From: Paraspadella gotoi | Taxonomy: Eukaryota > Animalia > Chaetognatha | Assembly: GCA_051294375.1 (NCBI GenBank) | Contig: CM119267.1 | Location: 10,539,166-10,603,044, forward strand | DNA length: 63,879 bases | Reading direction: 5' to 3' | Part shown: piece by piece, positions 1 to 37,705 of the stretch | Position numbering within the stretch: position 1 is the first letter of the stretch | How the letters are laid out: every line of letters starts with the position of its first letter | The notes under the pieces: generated by a model | Databases searched by the model: none | Told to the model about the DNA's origin: nothing | What the model saw: only the letters and a program-made list of their open reading frames with translations | Program-made: the position numbers and the translations under genes

Positions 1-25329
<25,329 letters not shown>

Positions 25330-25670
25330 AAACTGGATTGAATTGAATTGAATATCACTGCTAATTACTGCTAATGTCGCTTGGATCACAGGACCCCCTC
25401 CGCCATCTTTGTTCGCAAATCCTTCGATGGAATCCGACTCGGCGCCGCAAAAAAGGCCAGCGTCTTCGCGGCCGGCGTCGTCGTCGGTGATGACGTCGCC
25501 GTCGTCGTCGCTGCANNNNNNNNNNNNNNNNNNNNNNNNNGTCGCGTCGCTGCAGCTGTCGTCGTCGCCGCGGCGCGGGGCGGAGTCGCAACCTTCGCCG
25601 CAGCGGTTCTCCGGACCAGGTTGGCCGGAAATGATATTACTATTCAAATATGGGAGCGAATAAACGAGTC

Positions 25671-25910
25671 TTGATTGAAAGCTTACAGAGACCTACTATG
25701 TCATTATCTTGTAAGAGTGATAGAGGCCTTAAACTACCATACCCTGACTTTGTACACTGTACAAAGTCAGGGTCAAGATAGCTTATTGATTAAAATTTAA
25801 ATGAATGGATAATTTTATGAAATTGGTACAACCAATATAAAAATTATCCATTCATTTAATAAATAAGCTATCTTGCCCTGACTATATAGTTGTACCAATT
25901 TCATAATTAA
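25671..25910 (+). repeat. Dispersed ~170-190 bp intronic repeat family (retroposon-like); this copy is internally folded back
   Basis: Core TTGAAAGCTT..ATCTTGTAAGAGTGAT.GAGGCCTTAAA..GTCAGGG.CAAGA..TTGTACC.ATTTCATAA. Other copies: ~31370-31527 (-), ~31532-31685 (+), ~37182-37357 (-), ~49620-49745 (-, diverged), tail only ~52964-52990 (-). Confidence 0.8.
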
Positions 25911-27777
25911 AGAGAAAGCTCAGTTTAAATTTGTTTTCAAACAACGGGTTTTTATTCCTACGGCTACGCATGTTTCTCTTCCGAGTCTTCTTCCAAAAAA
26001 AAAAATAGGAGTCGAAACATGTACATTGTACATTATTTTGGAATAAAAACCCGTTGTTTCTAATCAAATAAACAAATTCTCTTCAATACTAAAACTCAAC
26101 GAAAAGAAAGTCTTATCATAAAGTCTAATAAAATTAAAAATATTTAATTTAGACTGGTTCACGGATCAAAATACTTTTTTCCTAGATCCTCGAATCGTGA
26201 CCCTTCACCGCCTTCGACGCAGCCGCCGCAGCAGCAGCGTCCGCCGCCTTCGTCGTCGTCGCCGCTCCGTCGTTGGATCGCGGACGAAGACCTTCGGGAC
26301 AAAAGACCATCATCGCTAAGAAACCGATTTTCGCGGAAAAAGAAAAGAACTGGTCGCGACTTCCGGCGGAACGCGTCAAACCTCGCGTGGCTCCTCCGCC
26401 GGCGCCGGGAACCAGGACGACGCCGTCGCCCCTGACGACGCGTATCAACCCGCGAAACCCCTCGCCAAAAGACGCCGCGGCCGCGGGCATCTTCATCGAG
26501 CGACGCCAATTCCGCGTGGGCGCGATGGTGCCCCCTTCGCGCCGCCGTTCAAAGGAGATGCTCTCGGCGGCGCTCCTGGAGTCGGCGGACCCCGAGTTAC
26601 TTCCCTCGCCCTCCCGCCTTCTTACCAACTTCCAACGGGCGAATCTCTCTTCCGGCGGGATTCGACGCCGCGGCGCCGCTCGCCGGATTCCCGCGCGAGA
26701 AGGACGCCGACGGAGACGGACACGACGCCGACGACGACGACGACGGCCAATACGACCAAACCCCGCCCTCTCTCCAGCTCCATTCCCTTTCGTCATCACC
26801 TCTCCGCCCGCTTTACCGCCGCCCTAGTTCCCCCAAGGTCGCCGGCGAATGAACAGTCTGCCCGCCAGGGTCGTCAGTACCTCGCCGCAGCATCCCCATC
26901 AGCATCTGCAGCATCGGCTGCAGCATCATCATCACATCCTCATCATCCTGGAGGCCGTCCCGGTCCAACGCCGGAGGTCCGCGTCACCAGCCCTTCGGCG
27001 CGCAGTTCGCGTGCTACTGTCACTCTTGTCAAGTGAGTCACTTTCGTGACGCGTCACGGGACGATGCCGATGACGGGAGGGGGCGCCGCGACGAGACGCC
27101 GACGAGATGGCGCTCCCGGCATCTCCGAGGACGATTCCGTCGTTTCTTACGTTTGAAGATTTTGCGGAGAATGGGGAAGAGGCCGGACGTTGCGGAAACT
27201 TCGCGGGGGGAAGGGTGCTTCTTATTTTTTCTTCTTTTTTTTTTTCATTTGGATCATTCATTGTGGTTTCCATCCAATGGAATCATTTACTCAAATCTCG
27301 CTACAAAGCCCCGCGAATTTCCAAACGTTTTCGTCTCATTAGAGTTTATATTTAGAAAGCTTTTTTTTTTTCAACGCCGGTAGTATTCGTCGCCATTTTT
27401 CAATCTTCATATCAGGGATAGAAATAAATACCCATCGTTTTACGAGTCTTTCCCACTGAGGCTCCGAAGTCACGGTTTTTCAAAAAACGTGTTTTTTTTT
27501 TTTTTCACTCCATCGATCCCCTTTTTGCGCCTCACCCCTTCCCCCCGCCCGCGGATTTCTGCATTTAATATTTTCGTATATTTGCTTTTTAGTCGTCGTT
27601 TTTCTACTTCGTCTTTGACCCTCAGCGGCAACAGAAAAGATATATATTTATTGTCTCTATTTCGTTATTTTCCTTTTCCCTTCTCTCCTCACTTTCTTCC
27701 CAATTCTTCCTTCCCTTCCCTTTGTTTCTTTCTTCTGTGTTTTTTATTTTTATTTTTGGGAATATTTTTTTTTTACG

Positions 27778-29842
27778 CTAACCATAATCCACTGGGAGAG
27801 CTGATATACAGTACGAAATAATTATAACTTCCAAAGACGCTAAAGAGATTAATCTATTATCACAGTTTATTAAAGTCTTTTTTAACGTGGTGTTACATTA
27901 ACATACTTAGTAAGTGATATTTCTTAATCGCATTCCTCATACATACCTTGCGTTAATGGTCAGTAGAATTTTTGGTCTTGACCTGCTCCAGCAATGAGCA
28001 CGTGTCATTTTGGGAATTGGCTGTCGAGTGATTTTGTTTGCTATTGACCATAACACAAATAAATTCTCTTTTTTTATAATAGTAGATAATTATCATGTCC
28101 AATTGTAACGAATCCTATCGAAAAGTCATCTATTTAATATTTTGTGTCTTCTCTTGTGTGATTTATTGTTTATTCACTGATAATAAATTCTAAAATGCTG
28201 ATATAACGGTTTTTTTTAATTTCCTGTCTTATTATGATTTACTTTAAAAAAATCACAAGCCAAGGATATGTTTTTATCTATTTGGCATCTATGCTAAGCG
28301 AAACATAAAGAAACAATCAGGATGCAAGGTAGAAGAAAAATCACTATGACATATATGACATTTTCTAAAATTAAAATAACTTGCGAAGTAAACATATATT
28401 TTTGTTACAGATAACAAATCTAGCCCAACGTAATGAGACAATTGGGCGTTGGTAAAGCTCTAGAACAGTCATGCATGACCAATGACCAAATTCGTATTAT
28501 AACTCAGTTTCCCATTCCCAAAAACTTTTCATTACAAATATGACATTTAACACAGTAAAAGAGGTTTTAGTAGTGAACCTTTAGTGTTCATTTTTCAAAA
28601 TAATTTTTAACTACAGTTGCAATAATAGATGAACATTTTGGCACCGAGTGAGAGCTCTCTGGAATGACATGTTAAAAATAGGGCAGTCACAATCCAAGCG
28701 GTGAGTTAAAAAAAACAAAAATATAGTCTTTAAAGTTTTTTAAGGTTTTTGAAATTTCTTTAGCTTTAGCAGAAAGTATAAATACTATTTAGGACATTGG
28801 TTTATACACGAAACAGTTTAAATTCGAGATTGGTAGATTGCATAGCGAAGAGCGATAGAAAATAAACACAAATGATCAATGATTGTCGAGCGTTCAAAAC
28901 TCAAAATAATTCATTATTTTTCAATCATAGTTATAACAAAACCTTCATTTCGACAGGGAATCCCCGTAAATGGCTGAGATTTCCCGTATGTCTCTATCGG
29001 ACTTATGGCATGCATGATATCACATAACGCAACAATATGGCGAATCTAAGTAATACTTGTGAAAATAAACGATTATATGTATTTTAATACAAGAAACACC
29101 TACCGTTTTGTTAAAATCCCATCTTTGGTTACGCTTTATACAATCAAAGATCTTAAAAGATGTAGCCTAGGTTTAAAACTCAGGACTGCAACCCTTAGTC
29201 GCAATAAGGATCGAGGAACATTTGTATATATTTTTTTGATATTGTGCATTCTTTTATAGATTTTGTGAATCGCGTTTCTCTTAGATATTATTGAGATGCG
29301 TCAATGTTAGAATATGGAATTGATTAAATATATATTAAAGAGCTGTTTAAAAAAAGCACTCTGCATGCTAATAGGTATGTTTTCATGCAATCTAAATTCG
29401 TTTGTTTAATTTAAAATAATTTTTCCGACCGCGATCATGCAAAAAAAGCGCGGTGGCTTATTTAGGTTTCGGGGTAAAGTCTCGTTTTTCGTGTTTGTTT
29501 ATTATAAATGTTTGCAATTACACGGTCGCTCGAGCACGAACGAGGAAAGCTAAAAAACTATGCCTGGGATCGAGATGCTCCCAGATTATGGTATAAATTC
29601 GAGGGGACAGAAAAAAAAAATCTAAAAAAATGCACAACGTGACCAAAAATCCGAGGTTCTTTCGAACTCGGTCTCAGAAAAAGGTCAAAAGACGTCGGTC
29701 GAAGAAAGTCGGTCTCTCTTTCGTTTTTTTCTTTCTTCGAAATTCGCGGCGGAGTTCTTAACGATGCCATTCAATGGGTTCTTGAATTTGTTGGATAATC
29801 CTTGAATGGACTTTCGGACTTTTTGCAAGAACGTTACCATCG
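27778..29842 (-). other. Possible small multi-exon gene or spliced ncRNA (duplicated at ~33570-35640)
   Basis: Short open exon-like blocks with AG/GT ends, e.g. ~29104-29166 (ATSFKIFDCIKRNQRWDFNKT), ~28943-29045 (IRHIVALCDIMHAISPIETYGK..), ~27947-28020 (donor GTATGT). No recognisable homology, and splice-like sites also occur on the + strand. Confidence 0.25.
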
Positions 29843-30408
29843 GACTTGAACCGTAATTCATTTGTCAGGGTCGAGAATACGATCCCAATCTCTCACATTG
29901 CAAATTAAGAAGCGCCGAAACGCGATTAGGCCAAATTTAGGTGCAAATCGAATGCAAAGAAGCGAGAGATTGAAATCTTTCTTTCATAATTCATTACTTT
30001 TTCTTTCTTTAAAGGCGGAAGCGCGATTATGCGCGCGCAATATAGTCTTGCGCGCAGGAAATGAGCGCATGCGCGAGTGCGGGCGGCTCAGAGATATATG
30101 AACCGGTCAGTCGACGGAACTGACGCGCGGACGACATGCGGGCGAAAGCGCCGGCGCGACACGCCCACGCAGTCGTAAGAGGCCTTTGGCGTAGCGTAGC
30201 GTGGCTTGTAAGCGAGGCGTACGGCGAAAAATAACCGCGGCGCGTCGCGGACTAGAAGCGCGATCTAGTCGGACACCTTAGCTGTTGGAGACCCCGGCAC
30301 GTGGCGATGATGATAAAAATGACGACGATGATGAAGATCAAGATGAAATGACGACGCCGACGAGCCAGAAACCGTTTGACCTCCAGCAGCAGACGAGGCG
30401 TCGACGCG

Positions 30409-31317
30409 TCAGCCGGATCCCGCCGCGGCGACGCTCCCGCGGCTGACGCTGCCGCGGCTGAACCATCAGCGTCTCCTTCGCCTCCAGCTCCGCCTTCAGT
30501 GCCCGCGCCGCCGGCGCTTTCCTGCGGAGCGCGGCGAGTATTGTAATGAGTATTTGATTGATCGATCGATTGCAATAATACCGAGGCTTAGAAACTCACT
30601 TGGGTCAAGTCTGTCTTCTTGAGGGCAATGAGGGAGTCTTGGAGGGTGAGCCAATGGAAGAGCTGGATGCGTAGGTGACACTCTAGGGCTGAACTGATCG
30701 ATTCTCTTCTTCTATCGCCTGACGGATCCGTAAGATTCAAAATGTACTCGTTACACGCGTAACGAGAACTCCGTTACTAATATTGTACCGATAGAATGAA
30801 AAACTTTTTTTTTCAATAAGCACCTGCATGTCGCTGGCCGTTCCCCTTTGTCCTTGCCTCCTTTGTCCTTAGGTGTTTTTGGCGCCGGCGCTTCCTTTGG
30901 GCGGCGCCGCTTCCGGCGTCGCGCCAACCTTTCTTCCGACTCGCCCTTTTTTAGCGCCTCCTTCACTCCTCCTGCGCCTCCACCCTTGCAACGGAGGGGG
31001 GAGGGGCATTGGGGATTAACGATTTTTTCGATTTGTTTGGATGATTAGTTACATTGATTACATTGCTCATTGTTTCAATAAAGTTTATAATTTTTCCTAG
31101 TTTTTTTTTCTCCCGCCACTTGTCAAACTCGCCTTTCCCCTTTTTGTCCTTGTCCTTTCCTCCGCTCCCGTCTTTGTCCTTGTCCTTTTCTCCCTTGATC
31201 CTTTTTGCTTTTCTCGCCGCGCCTTCGGACTCCTTCACTGTCACTCGGTGAACCTCCTCCTGGTCGCCGTCTTTGCAGTAGACGAGTTCGATCTCGAACT
31301 CACCGTCGAGGAAATCC
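30409..31317 (-). pseudogene. Duplicate of the last four LRRC43 exons (part of the 5.8-kb tandem unit)
   Basis: Matches 36209-37128 with indels. It has no upstream exons of its own. Confidence 0.8.
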
Positions 31318-31954
31318 CTGAAGCAAGCATTCGAGATCTATCGACCAAGCAGAGAATCGTCGCGGGGATACTTTTATTTATGAAATCGGTACAACCAATA
31401 TAAAAAATTATCCATTCATTTAATAAATAAGCTTTCTTGCCCCTGACTTTGGACACTGGACACAGTGGACAGCTTAGGTGGTTAAGGCTCCATCACTCTT
31501 ACAAGATAATAACATAGCAAGGTCCCTCTTGCAGAGACCTGCTTTGTCATTATCTTGTAAGAGTGATTTGAGGCCTTAAACTACCAAAGCCACAGTGTAC
31601 AAAGTCAGGGTCAAGATCGCTTATTCATTAAAATTTAAATGAATGGATAATTTTATATTAGTTGTACCAATTTCATAAATAAAAGGAAAGCTCAGTTAAA
31701 TTTGTTTTCAAACAACGGTTTTTATTCCTACGGACGATGTTCTCTTTCGAGTCTTTTCTTCAAAAAAAATAAATAGGGATCGAAACATGTACATTGTACA
31801 TTATTTTGGAATAAAAACCCGTTTGTTTCTAAACAAATAAAACAAATTCTCTTCAATACTAAAACTCAACGAAAATAAAGTCTTGTCATAAAGTCTAATA
31901 AAATTAAAAATATTTAATTTAGATTGGTTCACTGATCAAAATACTTTTTCCTAG

Positions 31955-32937
31955 ATCCTCGAATCGTGACCCTTCCACCGCCTTCGACGCAGCCGCCGCA
32001 TCAGCAGCGTCCGCCGCCTTCGTCGTCCTCGTCGCCGCCTCCGTCGTTGGATCGCGGACGAAGGCCTTCGGGACAAAAGACCATCATCGCTAAGAAACCG
32101 ATTTTCGCGGAAAAAGAAAAGAACTGGTCGCGACTTCCGGCGGAACGCGTCAAACCTCGCGTGGCTCCTCCGCCGGCGCCGGGAACCAGGACGACGCCGT
32201 CGCCCCTGACGACGCGTATCAACCCGCGAAACGCCTCGCCAAAAGACGCCGCGGCCGCCGGGCATCTTCATCGAGCGACGCCAATTCGCGTGGGCGGCGA
32301 TGGTGCCCCCTTCGCGCCGCCGTTCAAAGGAGATGCTCTCGGCGGCGCTCCTGGAGTCGGCGGACCCCGAGTTACTTCCCTCGCCCTCCCGCCTTCTTAC
32401 CAACTTCCCAACGGGCGAATCTCTCTTCCGGCGGGATTCGACGCCGCGGCGCCGCTCGCCGGATTCCCGCCGAGAAGGACGCCGACGGAGACGGACACGA
32501 CGCCGACGACGACGACGACGGCCAATACGACCAAACCCCGCCCTCTCTCCAGCTCCATTCCCTTTCGTCATCACCCATCCCGCCCGCTTTACCGCCCGCC
32601 TAGTTCCCCCAAGGTCGCCGGGCGAATGAACAGTCTGCCCGCCAGGGTCGTCAGTACCTCGCCGCAGCATCCCCATCAGCATCTGCAGCATCGGCTGCAG
32701 CATCATCATCAGCATCCTCATCATCCTGGAGGCCGTCCGCGGTCCAACGCCGGAGGTCCGCGTCACCAGCCCTTCGGCGCGCAGTTCGCGTGCTACTGTC
32801 ACTCTTGTCAAGTGAGTCACTTTCGTGACGCGTCACGGGACGATGCCGATGACGGGAAGGGGGCGCCGCGACGAGGACGCCGACGAGATGGCGCTCCCGG
32901 CATCTCCGAGGACGATTCCGTCGTTTCTTACGTTTGA
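31955..32937 (+). CDS. Intact duplicate of the Pro-rich terminal exon (..RVKPRVAPPPAP..CYCHSCQ..EDDSVVSYV*)
   Basis: TAG acceptor at 31952-31954, in frame with the 323-aa ORF 31966-32937. Confidence 0.7.
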
Positions 32938-35809
32938 AGATTTTGCGGAGAATGGGGAAGAGGCCGGACGTTGCGGAAACTTCGCTGGGGGAAAAGGGTG
33001 CTTCTTATTTTTTCTTCTTTTTTTTTTTCATTTGGATCATTCATTGTGGTTTCCATTCAATGGAATCATTTACTCAAATCTCGCTACAAAGCCCCGCGAA
33101 TTTCCAAACGTTTTCGTCTCATTAGAGTTTATATTTAGAAAGCTTTTTTTTTTTCAACGCCGGTAGTATTCGTCGCCATTTTTCAATCTTCATATCAGGG
33201 ATAGAAATAAATACCCATCGTTTTACGAGTCTTTCCCACTGAGGGCTCCCGAAGTCACGGTTTTTCAAAAAACGTGTTTTTTTTTTCACTCCATCGATCC
33301 CCTTTTTGCGCCTCACCCCTTCCCCCCGCCCGCGGATTTCTGCATTTAATATTTTCGTATATTTGCTTTTTAGTCGTCGTTTTTCTACTTCGTCTTTGAC
33401 CCTCAGCGGCAACAGAAAAGATATATATTTATTGTCTCTATTTCGTTATTTCGTTATTTTCCTTTTCCCTTCTCTCCTCACTTTCCTTCCCAATTCTTCC
33501 TTCCCTTCCCTTTGTTTCTTTCTTCTGTGTTTTTTATTTTTATTTTTGGGAATATTTTTTTTTTTACGCTAACCATAATCCACTGGGAGAGCTGATATAC
33601 AGTACGAAATAATTATAACTTCCAAAGACGCTAAAGAGATTAATCTATTATCACAGTTTATTAAAGTCTTTTTTAACGTGGTGTTACATTAACATACTTA
33701 GTAAGTGATATTTCTTAATCGCATTCCTCATACATACCTTGCGTTAATGGTCAGTAGAATTTTTGGTCTTGACCTGCTCCAGCAATGAGCACGTGTCATT
33801 TTGGGAATTGGCTGTCGAGTGATTTTGTTTGCTATTGACCATTACACAAATAAATTCTCTTTTTTTATAATAGTAGATAATTATCATGTCCAATTGTAAC
33901 GAATCCTATCGAAAAGTCATCTATTTAATATTTTGTGTCTGCTCTTGTGTGATTTTATTGTTTATTCACTGATAATAAATTCTAAAATGCTGATATAACG
34001 GTTTTTTTTAATTTCCTGTCTTATTATGATTTACTTTAAAAAATCACAAGCCGAAGGATATGTTTTTATCTATTTGGCATCTATGCTAAGCGAAACATAA
34101 AGAAACAATCAGGATGCAAGGTAGAAGAAAAATCACTATGACATATATGACATTTTCTAAAATTAAAATAACTTGCGAAGTAAACATATATTTTTGTTAC
34201 AGATAACAAATCTAGCCCAACGTAATGAGACAATTGGGCGTTGGTAAAGCTCTAGAACAGTCATGCATGACCAATGACCAAATTCGTATTATAACTCAGT
34301 TTCCCATTCCCAAAAACTTTTCATTACAAATATGACATTTAACACAGTAAAAGAGGTTTTAGTAGTGAACCTTTTAGTGTTCATTTTTCAAAATAATTTT
34401 TAACTACAGTTGCAATAATAGATGAACATTTTGGCACCGAGTGAGAGCTCTCTGGAATGACATGTTAAAAATAGGGCAGTCACAATCCAGCGGTGAGTTA
34501 AAAAAAACAAAATATAGTTCTTTAAAGTTTTTTAAGGTTTTTGAAATTTCTTTAGCTTTAGCAGAAAGTATAAATACTATTTAGGACATTGGTTTTATAC
34601 ACGAAACAGTTTAAATTCGAGATTGGTAGATTGCATAGCGAAGAGCGATTAGAAAATAAACACAAATGATCAATGATTGTCGAGCGTTCAAAACTCAAAA
34701 TAATTCATTATTTTTTGCAATCATAGTTATAACAAAACCTTCATTTCGACAGGGAATCCCCGTATATGGCTGAGATTTCCCGTATGTCTCTATCGGACTT
34801 ATGGCATGCATGATATCACATAACGCAACAATATGGCGAATCTAAGTAATACTTGTGAAAATAAACGATTATATGTATTTTTAATACAAGAAACACCTAC
34901 CGTTTTGTTAAAATCCCATCTTTGGTTACGCTTTATACAATCAAAGATCTTAAAAGATGTAGCCTAGGTTTAAAACTCTAGGACTGCAACCCTTAGTCGC
35001 AATAAGGATCGAGGAACATTTGTATATATTTTTTTGATATTGTGCATTCTTTTATAGATTTTGTGAATCGCGTTTCTCTTAGATATTATTGAGATGCGTC
35101 AATGTTAGAATATGGAATTGATTAAATATATATTAAAGAGCTGTTTAAAAAAAGCACTCTGCATGCTAATATGGTATGTTTTCATGCAATCTAAATTCGT
35201 TTGTTTAATTTTTAATAATTTTTCCGACCGCGATCATGCAAAAAAAGCGCGGTGGCTTATTTAGGTTTCGGGGTAAAGTCTCGTTTTTCGTGTTTGTTTA
35301 TTATAAATGTTTGCAATTACACGGTCGCTCGAGCACGAACGAGGAAAGCTTAAAACTATGCCTGGGATCGAGATGCTCCCAGATTATGGTATAAATTCGA
35401 GGGGACAGAAAAAGAAAAATCTAAAAAATGCACAACGTGACCAAAAATCCGAGGTTCTTTCGAACTCGGTCTCAGAAAAAGGTCAAAAGACGTCGGTCGA
35501 AGAAAGTCGGTCTCTCTTTCGTTTTTTTCTTTCTTCGAAATTCGCGGCGGAGTTCTTAACGATGCCATTCAATGGGTTCTTGAATTTGTTGGATAATCCT
35601 TGAATGGACTTTCGGACTTTTTGCAAGAACGTTACCATCGGACTTGAACCGTATTCATTGTCAGGGTCGAGAATACGATCCCAATCTCTCACATTGCAAA
35701 TTAAGAAGCACCGAAACAGCGATTAGGCCAAATTTAGGTGCAGATCGAATGCAAAGAAGCGAGAGATTGAAATCTTTCTTTCATAATTCATTACTTTTTC
35801 TTTCTTTTA

Positions 35810-35910
35810 AGGCGGAAGCGCGATTATGCGCGCGCAATATAGTCTTGCGCGCAGGAAATGAGCGCATGCGCGAGTGCGGGCGGCTCAGAGATATATGAAC
35901 CGGTCAGTCG
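35810..35910. promoter_or_regulatory. CpG-rich promoter-like motif cluster (copy at ~30013-30112)
   Basis: CGGAAG (ETS-like), GCGCATGCGC (NRF1-type palindrome), GGGCGG (GC box), ATATATGAA and TCAGTC within 100 bp. Confidence 0.4.
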
Positions 35911-36208
35911 ACGGACGATTGACGCCGGACGACATGCGGGCGAAAGCGCCGGCGCGACACGCCCACGCAGTCGTAAGAGGCCTTTGGCGTAGCGTAGCGT
36001 GGCTGTAAGCGAGGCGTACGGCGAAAAATAACCGCGCGGCGCGTCGCGGACTAGAAGCGCGATCTAGTCGGACACCCTTAGCTGTTGGAGACCCCGGCAC
36101 GTGGCGATGATGATAAAAATGACGACGATGATGAAGATCAAGATGAAGATGACGACGCCGACGAGCCAGAAACCGTTGACCTCCAGCAGCAGACGAGGCG
36201 TCGACGCG

Positions 36209-37649
36209 TCAGCCGGATCCCGCCGCGGCCGACGCTCCCGCGGCTGACGCTGCCGCGGCTGAACCATCAGCGTCTCCTTCGCCTCCAGCTCCGCCTTCAG
36301 TGCCCGCGCCGCCGGCGCTTTCCTGCGGAGCGCGGCGAGTATTGTAATGAGTATTTGATTGATCGATCGATTGCAATAATACCGAGGCTTAGAAACTCAC
36401 TTGGGTCAAGTCTGTCTTCTTGAGGGCAATGAGGGAGTCTTGGAGGGTGAGCCAATGGAAGAGCTGGATGCGTAGGTGACACTCTAGGGGCTGAACTGAT
36501 CGATTCTCTTCTTCTATCGCCTGACGGATCCGTAAGATTCAAAATGTACTCGTTACACGCGTAACGAGAAACTCCGTTACTAATATTGTACCGATAGAAT
36601 GAAAAACTTTTTTTTTCTAAGCACCTGCATGTCGCTGGCCGTTCCCCCTTTGTCCTTGCCTCCTTTGTCCTTAGGTGTTTTGGCGCCGGCGCTTCCTTTG
36701 GCGGCGGCGCCGCTTCCCGGCGTCGCGCCAACCTTCTCTCCGACTCGCCCTTTTTTAGCGCCTCCTTCACTCCCTCCTGCGCCTCCACCTTGCAACGGAG
36801 GGGGGAGGGGGCATTGGGGATTAACGATTTTTTTCGATTTGTTTGGATGATTAGTTACATTGATTACATTGCTCATTGTTTTCAATAAAGTTTTATATTT
36901 TTCCTAGTTTTTTTTTTCCCCCCGCCACTTGTCAAACTCGCCTTTTCCCTTTTTGTCCTTGTCCTTTCCTCCGCTCCCGTCTTTGTCCTTGTCCTTTTTT
37001 CTCCCTTGATCCTTTTTGCTTTTCTCGCCCGCGCCTTCGGACTCCTTCACTGTCACTCGGTGAACCTCCTCCTGGTCGCCGTCTTTGCAGTAGACGAGTT
37101 CGATCTCGAACTCACCGTCGAGGAAATCCCTGAAGCAAGCATTCGAGATCTATCGACCAAGCAGAGAATCGTCGCGGGGATACTTTTATTTATGAAATCG
37201 GTACAACCAATATAAAAAATTATCCATTCATTTAATAAATAAGCTTTCTTGCCCCTGACTTTGGACACTGGACACAGTGGACAGGCTTAGGTGGTTTAAG
37301 GCCTCCATCACTCTTACAAGATAATAACATAGCAGGTCCCTGCAAGCTTTCAATCAATATTATCGCTAATATTATTGTTAATTTTTTTTTTATTAACTCG
37401 AGAATTCGTCGTGGTTCAATTTATTAACGAGGGCAATTTTTTTCGTTAGTCTTTTGTTTCTCACTTCAGGTTGGTCCGGAATGAGGCGACGACGCTGAAC
37501 TCTGGCGGCATAGCCACCAAATCCACTTCTTCTCCTTTTTTTCTTCGGCTCAGGCGCGGGTTTACCGTTTCCCGGTCTACCGTCTTTTCCCCCTTTTTTA
37601 GGAAAGGGGGGGAGAGAGGAAGGATAAGAGAAGAAGAGAAGGAAAGAGA

Positions 37650-37705
<56 letters not shown>

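Larger units (their letters stand above)
25686..37343 (+). repeat. Direct tandem duplication, unit ~5.8 kb (~25686-31530 and ~31532-37343)
   Basis: Collinear near-identical copies. Each unit begins with a forward copy and ends with a reverse copy of the same ~170-190 bp dispersed repeat. Confidence 0.95.

Noticed and set aside
28250-28990. Plus-strand exon-like blocks or snoRNA host gene
   Set aside because: Joined blocks hit stop codons in all phases, and no convincing C/D or H/ACA boxes were found.
36064-36267. Transmembrane-looking peptide FWLVGVVIFILIFIIVVIFIII
   Set aside because: Expected antisense translation of GAT/GAC repeats, and out of frame with the LRRC43 last exon.
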